Virus record (IMG/VR): IMGVR_UViG_3300028393_000049
Length of the DNA: 64,000 nucleotides
DNA from: an uncultured virus (IMG/VR IMGVR_UViG_3300028393_000049)
Lineage: Duplodnaviria; Heunggongvirae; Uroviricota; Caudoviricetes
Direction: 5' to 3' (one strand)
Part shown: piece after piece, positions 58,562 through 64,000 of the stretch
How positions within the stretch are numbered: the stretch's first letter is position 1
Layout of the letters: each line of letters begins with the position of its first letter
Translations under genes and position numbers: made by a program
The notes under the pieces: generated by a model
The model's database searches: none
Seen by the model: the letters and a program-made list of their open reading frames with translations, nothing else
Told to the model about the DNA's origin: nothing

Positions 58562-59731
58562 TTAGATATTTAGCATTTCAGGATTAACTACAACTTCACC
58601 AACTTTACCAAACTCATTATGATAAGTCACGCAAGAAGTTTGTTGTTCGCTCATCCAGCCACCACGAGCAGCATAAGAATCAGCAGCAGCTAATGTTGGA
58701 TGCTGAATTACCTTCACACCAGGAAACTCCTTGACATCTTCATGATGATAATGTCCAGTATGAATATAACGCTTTGTAGTTTCGCCCCAAATCTTGTGGA
58801 ACTTAGCTGCAAATAGAAGTGGCAATCCTTCCTTCTTCTTCTTATGTCCGTGATGGAAACCAAGCATTACCTTGCCATGCTGATAAACATAATATGGAAT
58901 TTCAGAATTATTAACTGTTAGTCTAGGTTCGTTCTCATAAAGAGCGGTGAACAAATGACGAAGCCAAACTGAAGAAGCTAGATCGTGATTACCTTCAGCC
59001 ATGATGAGATGAACCTTCTGGTGCTTCATAAGAGCAATATCAATAACACGACGAAGAGCACGGATAGTAGAATTTACCATCTGAGAATAATTACCATCAG
59101 CTTCAACCATATGATGACTTGTTGGTGTAACTTGAGCTAGACCATCATAGTGAAGGAAGTCACCAAGTTGATTAATAATACAAGTATCTGCTTCAGGAGA
59201 CATTGTAATCATTTGTTCAAATGCACCAATCAGTGTTCTTTCTGCGATATCTCTATCCCAGTCTGCTCCACCTTCTTTGTGCCAAGCTAACATACCCATA
59301 TGATAATCGGTAAATGTATACATGTTACAAAGATGAGAAGCAGAAGTCTTCGGTGCTTTGATAGGAGGTAAGCGTTCGATTGGATTTGTTGCATCTTCAA
59401 TAGCATCAAGAATCATTTGCATACGATATGATTCGTCTGCCTTAGTCTTTACCCACTGAGAAGTAATGTTACCTTCCGAATCATAATTAGTAGACGTACC
59501 CTTAATCAAATAAGGAGCAGGGGCAATCTTTGTCATATCATGTTCAGGAGAATAGCCGCGCATAGCAGCCTTAGTTTTTAGTCGCCTCATTGCATTACGA
59601 ACAGCATCAGGATTGATTCCTAACTTTCTTGCTGCTGAACTGTAACCACCAAATTCATTAATGAGTTCAATATATTTTAACTGAAGCTCAGTAGCAAATT
59701 GGTGTAAGGCGGGATCAACGATAGGTTCCAT
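58562..59731 (-). CDS. calcineurin-like metallophosphoesterase with N-terminal HTH
   Basis: DYH, GD, GNHD, HGH, GHYH; AARKLGIN. Confidence 0.8.
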   Translation of the reverse strand: MEPIVDPALHQFATELQLKYIELINEFGGYSSAARKLGINPDAVRNAMRRLKTKAAMRGYSPEHDMTKIAPAPYLIKGTSTNYDSEGNITSQWVKTKADESYRMQMILDAIEDATNPIERLPPIKAPKTSASHLCNMYTFTDYHMGMLAWHKEGGADWDRDIAERTLIGAFEQMITMSPEADTCIINQLGDFLHYDGLAQVTPTSHHMVEADGNYSQMVNSTIRALRRVIDIALMKHQKVHLIMAEGNHDLASSVWLRHLFTALYENEPRLTVNNSEIPYYVYQHGKVMLGFHHGHKKKKEGLPLLFAAKFHKIWGETTKRYIHTGHYHHEDVKEFPGVKVIQHPTLAAADSYAARGGWMSEQQTSCVTYHNEFGKVGEVVVNPEMLNI

Positions 59732-59791
59732 AATTTATACCTTTATACATTCATGGTTGTTCTATATATAGCATACTATAATTTCAATGTC

Positions 59792-59828
59792 AAGCTAAAT
59801 AATCATTTAAGCTAAATAATCATTTAAG
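59792..59828 (+). repeat. 17-bp tandem duplication containing late promoter CTAAATA
   Basis: AAGCTAAATAATCATTT x2. Confidence 0.85.
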
Positions 59829-59837
59829 GGAAACAAA

Positions 59838-61487
59838 ATGGCAGAACTAGATTATGGCGAACCAGAAGACGCGAAAGCCGCAGAACTAAAAGAACTGGCT
59901 CAATGCTTGGCTTTTGCTTACTTTGCCGCTTTTCCTAATATTGGACCAAAACACGATATTAATTTCTTTACTATGTTTTCTAACGAAGCTACAGCAGCAA
60001 CGACGAAACCAGGTGAGGTTATTAATAGAATAAAAGCAACCGATTGCTTATCTAAAAGGTTTCCTATGAATGGACAAGTTATTAGAAAAGGGTTCACAGT
60101 AGGAGAAACTGAAAAAACTAAAAAAGAAACATATAGCTCTCTTGCTAAGAAAGTATATAACGTTGCTAAAACTTTTATTAGTTCAAATAGATTAAATGGC
60201 GCAACATCATCATATAAGTTTTTAAATCAGAAAGACCCATTTTTCATTCTATTGAAAAACAAATCTCTAGATAATATAAGAAGCGCAATGAATATCTCAT
60301 ATAAAAGCGATGTTTTATCTGCTATTGATGTTATATTTGTTAAAAAATCATCAATGACCAAAATCGAAACCAACTTTATAAAATATTTCACAGACCCAAT
60401 AACAATTATAAAAAATGCAGCATCTGGCGGTAACAATTATAAAAATGTTATCGGAAGGTACATGGATAGCGGGGAAATTTTTCCTATATCTTTAAAGTTA
60501 CCAACAGGAGTAAAATCAAATATAAGCATAAAAAAAGTTATGTTTGCAAGCGGAAAAGATGCATCTGATGATATTGATCCCTACACAAAATTTCTTGCTA
60601 TCATATTACATGACCCATCTAAAACAAGAGAATATATTAATAAAGTTGTACATATAAATTTTGATAAATTTTCTAATGGTGATGTTCTTAACTGGGTATT
60701 TCCAGTATCATTAAATTATAAGAATTTAATTGATCCAGAAACACAAAAACCTATGTCAACATATAATTTAAATTTTAACCTGTTTGCTCAAGGACACAGT
60801 GCTGGGTGGAATGGTCAGTTTGATGCATCTTCAAAACAATACCAAGACACACAATGGGTCGGAGGAATTGGTATTACTACATTTGAAACTTTTGCAATGA
60901 AATATCCACAGTACAAGGCAGTAATTTCAAAAGTAGTAAACTATAGGCTTGCAGTTTTTGATAAGATGTGTGCTAAATTTAAGAAAGAAAATCCTGAAGA
61001 ATTTAAAAAAGTAGCTACAGAATATACCGCAGCTAGACGAGATTTAGCAACACAAGAAATATTATATTTAAAAAAGAAAAATGAAACGACAAAAAAATTC
61101 TTTGACAAGTATGCTAAATTAACCGAAACAGAATTTAAAGGAACAATTTCTCTATACAGTGAGTATATGCTTTCTGTCATAAATGAAATAAGAAATAAAG
61201 TAAAACCTTATTCTGGTCCAAATAATACAAACGAATCTAATATCGCAGACCATTATGCCCATGCTCAATTGTCATTTTTTATGTATATGGGTGGTCGGGG
61301 AGCAGATTTGTTTTTTAAACAAAGAATGTTCATGACTATATTTGGTGCTATCACTAAGAAAGCACATAAGCTATATGCAGTGGATGATTATATGGGAATG
61401 AAGAATATTATTCAGGAAACAATTCAATTAAAAAGAACTAAGTTTGTGGCTGAATTTTCAACACCGCCTCATTATATCATCTCATAA
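59838..61487 (+). CDS. large hypothetical protein, possible PD-(D/E)xK-like nuclease
   Basis: 549-aa ORF; IDVIFV ... PISLK motif pair. Confidence 0.6.
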   Translation: MAELDYGEPEDAKAAELKELAQCLAFAYFAAFPNIGPKHDINFFTMFSNEATAATTKPGEVINRIKATDCLSKRFPMNGQVIRKGFTVGETEKTKKETYSSLAKKVYNVAKTFISSNRLNGATSSYKFLNQKDPFFILLKNKSLDNIRSAMNISYKSDVLSAIDVIFVKKSSMTKIETNFIKYFTDPITIIKNAASGGNNYKNVIGRYMDSGEIFPISLKLPTGVKSNISIKKVMFASGKDASDDIDPYTKFLAIILHDPSKTREYINKVVHINFDKFSNGDVLNWVFPVSLNYKNLIDPETQKPMSTYNLNFNLFAQGHSAGWNGQFDASSKQYQDTQWVGGIGITTFETFAMKYPQYKAVISKVVNYRLAVFDKMCAKFKKENPEEFKKVATEYTAARRDLATQEILYLKKKNETTKKFFDKYAKLTETEFKGTISLYSEYMLSVINEIRNKVKPYSGPNNTNESNIADHYAHAQLSFFMYMGGRGADLFFKQRMFMTIFGAITKKAHKLYAVDDYMGMKNIIQETIQLKRTKFVAEFSTPPHYIIS

Positions 61488-61490
61488 AAA

Positions 61491-61566
61491 TGGTGCTCCC
61501 AGCAGGAATCGAACCCACGACATCCAGTTTACAAAACTGGCGCTCTACCGACTGAGCTATAGGAGC
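61491..61566 (-). tRNA. tRNA-Thr(TGT)
   Basis: cloverleaf, loop TTTGTAA, encoded CCA. Confidence 0.92.
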
Positions 61567-61568
61567 AT

Positions 61569-61642
61569 TGGAGCGGGATACGAGATTCAAACTCGTCTCT
61601 TTAGCTTGGAAGGCTAAGGCACAGTCCCTATACCAATCCCGC
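61569..61642 (-). tRNA. tRNA-Gly(TCC)
   Basis: GCGGGAT/ATCCCGC, loop CTTCCAA, T73-CCA; T-loop variant TTTGAAT. Confidence 0.9.
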
Positions 61643-61664
61643 AACAATTATCATTTAATTATAT

Positions 61665-62339
61665 TTAGAATGTGCTACTTGCTTCTACTGTGATCCAGTA
61701 TGTCAATTCTGCACTGCTGTTCTTATCGATTGAAGAGAAACGAGCAATCTTCTTAGATGAGATCAAAACATTATAATCAGTGTCGATCAACTTTGAAAGA
61801 AATTCTGGCTTAAAGATAGCACAGAACTCAGAATCAACTTCCCCAAGAGCATGACTTAGTGTATGCGATGTTGGGTTCTTACTATCAATTGCACGAAGAT
61901 ATAGCTTACCTTCTTCACCAACAAAAGCAATCTCAGGAACAGCAAGAATGTTGGTTGCCTTTAGAATACCCGACAATGCCTGATATGGAAGATTAAACTC
62001 AATCTCTGCATTTTGCATATTCAGTTCCTTAGTAGGAGGCTGAACAATTAGAGATTCGTCGGCAAAGAAATATCGGCTAGACTTAGTGTCATCGTGGATC
62101 ATGACACTCTTTTCTTCTAGTTCCAATTGAGGACTAGTAAAGATAGAAAGCACAGAAAGAAACTGCGATAGATCATAGATGCACATATCCTTTTCAAAGG
62201 TATCTGGAATAGTTGCCTTTGCTAGGATTGTCTTTTGAGCAGACATTGTAGAAAGCGTATTGCCTCTACGAATAATAACCGATTGGTTAATACTACTAAA
62301 GTTCTTTAGTAGTTGGCTAGTACGTTCAGATAGTTGCAT
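61665..62339 (-). CDS. gp45: sliding clamp gp45
   Basis: LKNFSSINQS, IYDL.QFL, Y.V.IS, YWI..E. Confidence 0.92.
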   Translation of the reverse strand: MQLSERTSQLLKNFSSINQSVIIRRGNTLSTMSAQKTILAKATIPDTFEKDMCIYDLSQFLSVLSIFTSPQLELEEKSVMIHDDTKSSRYFFADESLIVQPPTKELNMQNAEIEFNLPYQALSGILKATNILAVPEIAFVGEEGKLYLRAIDSKNPTSHTLSHALGEVDSEFCAIFKPEFLSKLIDTDYNVLISSKKIARFSSIDKNSSAELTYWITVEASSTF

Positions 62340-62467
62340 TATAAAATTCCTACATGACAAAAATTAAAAATGTTTAGAAGCCCGACCACCTCATCTAAAC
62401 GTGACTGACATCTCCAGTCTCCTCATGATGTGACTATATCACATCTATTTTATTTGTCAAGTCTTAT

Positions 62468-63319
62468 TTACTTCTTTTTTCCTAACTTTGATGGATCGAC
62501 TGTAGCAGAAGCACCAATCGCAGCAATATCAGCAAGAGAGCCACCAAAGATATAAGAGCCAACATGCTGTAGCTTGATCCAAGGACACAACCAAACCTTA
62601 AGACCAATATGTCGGGTCAACTGACAGAACCAATAGTCTTCCGATAGATAACGCTTTGTTCCATTAATAGGATCAATGTCAGCTTGGAAGAACATCATGA
62701 TTTCGCGTGAGCCGTCAAAAGCTGCTGTACGAACATGATCTGGGCGATACATATACTGAGGATATGCTTCTTGATACTTTTCTAGTGTTTCACGCCTGAT
62801 CATCATAAAGCCAGTACCAGATTCCATAATTTCTACAGGCTCTGAAAGAAGGATTTGTGTTTGATTGCCAACTGGATTAAAGACGTAATCGCCAACATAA
62901 TTTTCTAGAATATTTGGGTCTTCATCTGCAACACCAACATCGATGGCTTGCTTAATCTTTTCCCAAGAAATACACTTCTTTGGATAAGGACCGCACATTA
63001 CATCATATTCACTTTCTGGACTCATTAGAGCCAACATAGTAAATACATCTTGTGCATTGAAACCAATATCACTATCGATGAATAGCATGTGAGTGCAGTC
63101 AGAACGCAAGAACTCATCTACGCAATAGTTACGAGCACGAGTGATTAGTGATTCGTTAAAGAGGTAGTAAAACCTCAAGTCAATTCCGTAATGAACAGCA
63201 GCAGCGGAAAGATCGTTTGTGCTACGGCAGAACATACCAGCACATTGACCGCCGTACATTGGTGCTGCAACAAAAAGCTTACGCTTACGTAGTTCGTCTA
63301 GTTCAATCTTAACTTCCAT
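62468..63319 (-). CDS. GT-A-fold glycosyltransferase-like protein
   Basis: ESLITRARN, FIDSDI, GTGFM.IRR, LSEDY.FC. Confidence 0.7.
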   Translation of the reverse strand: MEVKIELDELRKRKLFVAAPMYGGQCAGMFCRSTNDLSAAAVHYGIDLRFYYLFNESLITRARNYCVDEFLRSDCTHMLFIDSDIGFNAQDVFTMLALMSPESEYDVMCGPYPKKCISWEKIKQAIDVGVADEDPNILENYVGDYVFNPVGNQTQILLSEPVEIMESGTGFMMIRRETLEKYQEAYPQYMYRPDHVRTAAFDGSREIMMFFQADIDPINGTKRYLSEDYWFCQLTRHIGLKVWLCPWIKLQHVGSYIFGGSLADIAAIGASATVDPSKLGKKK

Positions 63320-63360
63320 TTCAGTTCCTTTTATAATTTATCATAATGATTGAGGTTAGT

Positions 63361-63858
63361 TTAGTCTTTCGTTGTAGTAAATCTAGCGTTAGCTTTTCTT
63401 TTACTTGGGCGTAGTTCTGTTTGGAATGGGGCATCTGGTCTATTATAAGCTACTCTGCCTAATTTTTGAGTTTTTCTAAAACCAGGATCACCTGTTTTGT
63501 TAGTTCCTTCTACTCTTGCTCCACTAGCATCGTGATGCAATACCGAATCTTGTCCATATGTTTTACCATGACGGTTCATATCATATCTTAGTTTACCAGC
63601 AGATTTTGTACCAGTATTTTTTGCTTGTACTAGTAAGGAGTTTTCTTTTCCACCTTCCCAGTGTCCTATTGCGCGTCTATGTCCGTAACCTTGAGCAGTT
63701 AACTTCTTTTTTAATTCTGCGGTTCTTCTTTCGTTTTCTGCTTTTGGCAATCCTTCGCGTTCAGCAGATATAACAGAAAAGGCACGACCTTCTCCCTTAG
63801 TAGCATTTAATCGGGCTAAAGGATTACCTTCAACAATAAATTCTTTAAAGGTTAACAT
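63361..63858 (-). CDS. basic protein with capsid-targeting-like N-terminus
   Basis: MLTFKEFIVE; ISAER, G.W.G..E.S, YGQDSVL. Confidence 0.65.
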   Translation of the reverse strand: MLTFKEFIVEGNPLARLNATKGEGRAFSVISAEREGLPKAENERRTAELKKKLTAQGYGHRRAIGHWEGGKENSLLVQAKNTGTKSAGKLRYDMNRHGKTYGQDSVLHHDASGARVEGTNKTGDPGFRKTQKLGRVAYNRPDAPFQTELRPSKRKANARFTTTKD

Positions 63859-64000
63859 TATCTGCATCTCCATCTGCGTAGTGACATTGCCTTGCGGGTT
63901 GGTCTACCCTTCTCGTCCTTCATAGGACCTTTCATACCAGACATTCTGGCACAAAATGATTTGCGTCTTTTAGCTGCTTTAGACCCTGCTTTAACTTTAC
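63858..64000 (-). CDS. C-terminal part of a basic phage protein (truncated by window edge)
   Basis: AKRRKSFCARMSG...SLRRWRCR then stop. Confidence 0.6.
   Translation of the reverse strand, partial: KVKAGSKAAKRRKSFCARMSGMKGPMKDEKGRPTRKAMSLRRWRCR

Noticed and set aside
1..64000. Stop-codon reassignment
   Set aside because: Core genes are intact in code 11 and TAG, TGA and TAA all terminate conserved genes

Overview
64 kb of an AT-rich T4-like myovirus genome, probably from an uncultured lineage infecting a Gram-negative host (alphaproteobacterial hints: ROSE-like thermometer, CTTGAC-N17-TATA promoters, porin signal peptide). It holds the replication core (gp32, 33, 41, 43, 44, 45, 59, 61, 62, UvsX, RegA, RNase H), nucleotide metabolism (NrdAB, ThyX, dCMP deaminase), a baseplate/tail block (gp2, 4, 48, 53, 26, 51, split gp5, PAAR, tape-measure-like gene), lysis genes, five tRNAs, two GIY-YIG endonucleases and auxiliary genes (MetK, SpeD, PhoH, Dps, Hsp20, porin, methyltransferases). 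Most notable: (1) a start-less gp51 frame reachable by a -1 shift at T-TTT-TTT at the end of gp26, in tube/G/T/tape-measure synteny like lambda G/GT; (2) several late genes with a T4 internal-protein-like capsid-targeting N-terminus fused to different cargoes, including an orphan HicA RNase and a ParB/Srx domain; (3) a 120-nt tRNA-like non-canonical RNA; (4) late promoters embedded in RBS-sequestering hairpins downstream of tRNA genes; (5) relic duplicated 3' ends of sleB, thyX and a tRNA. All protein calls come from motif recognition by eye, not database searches.
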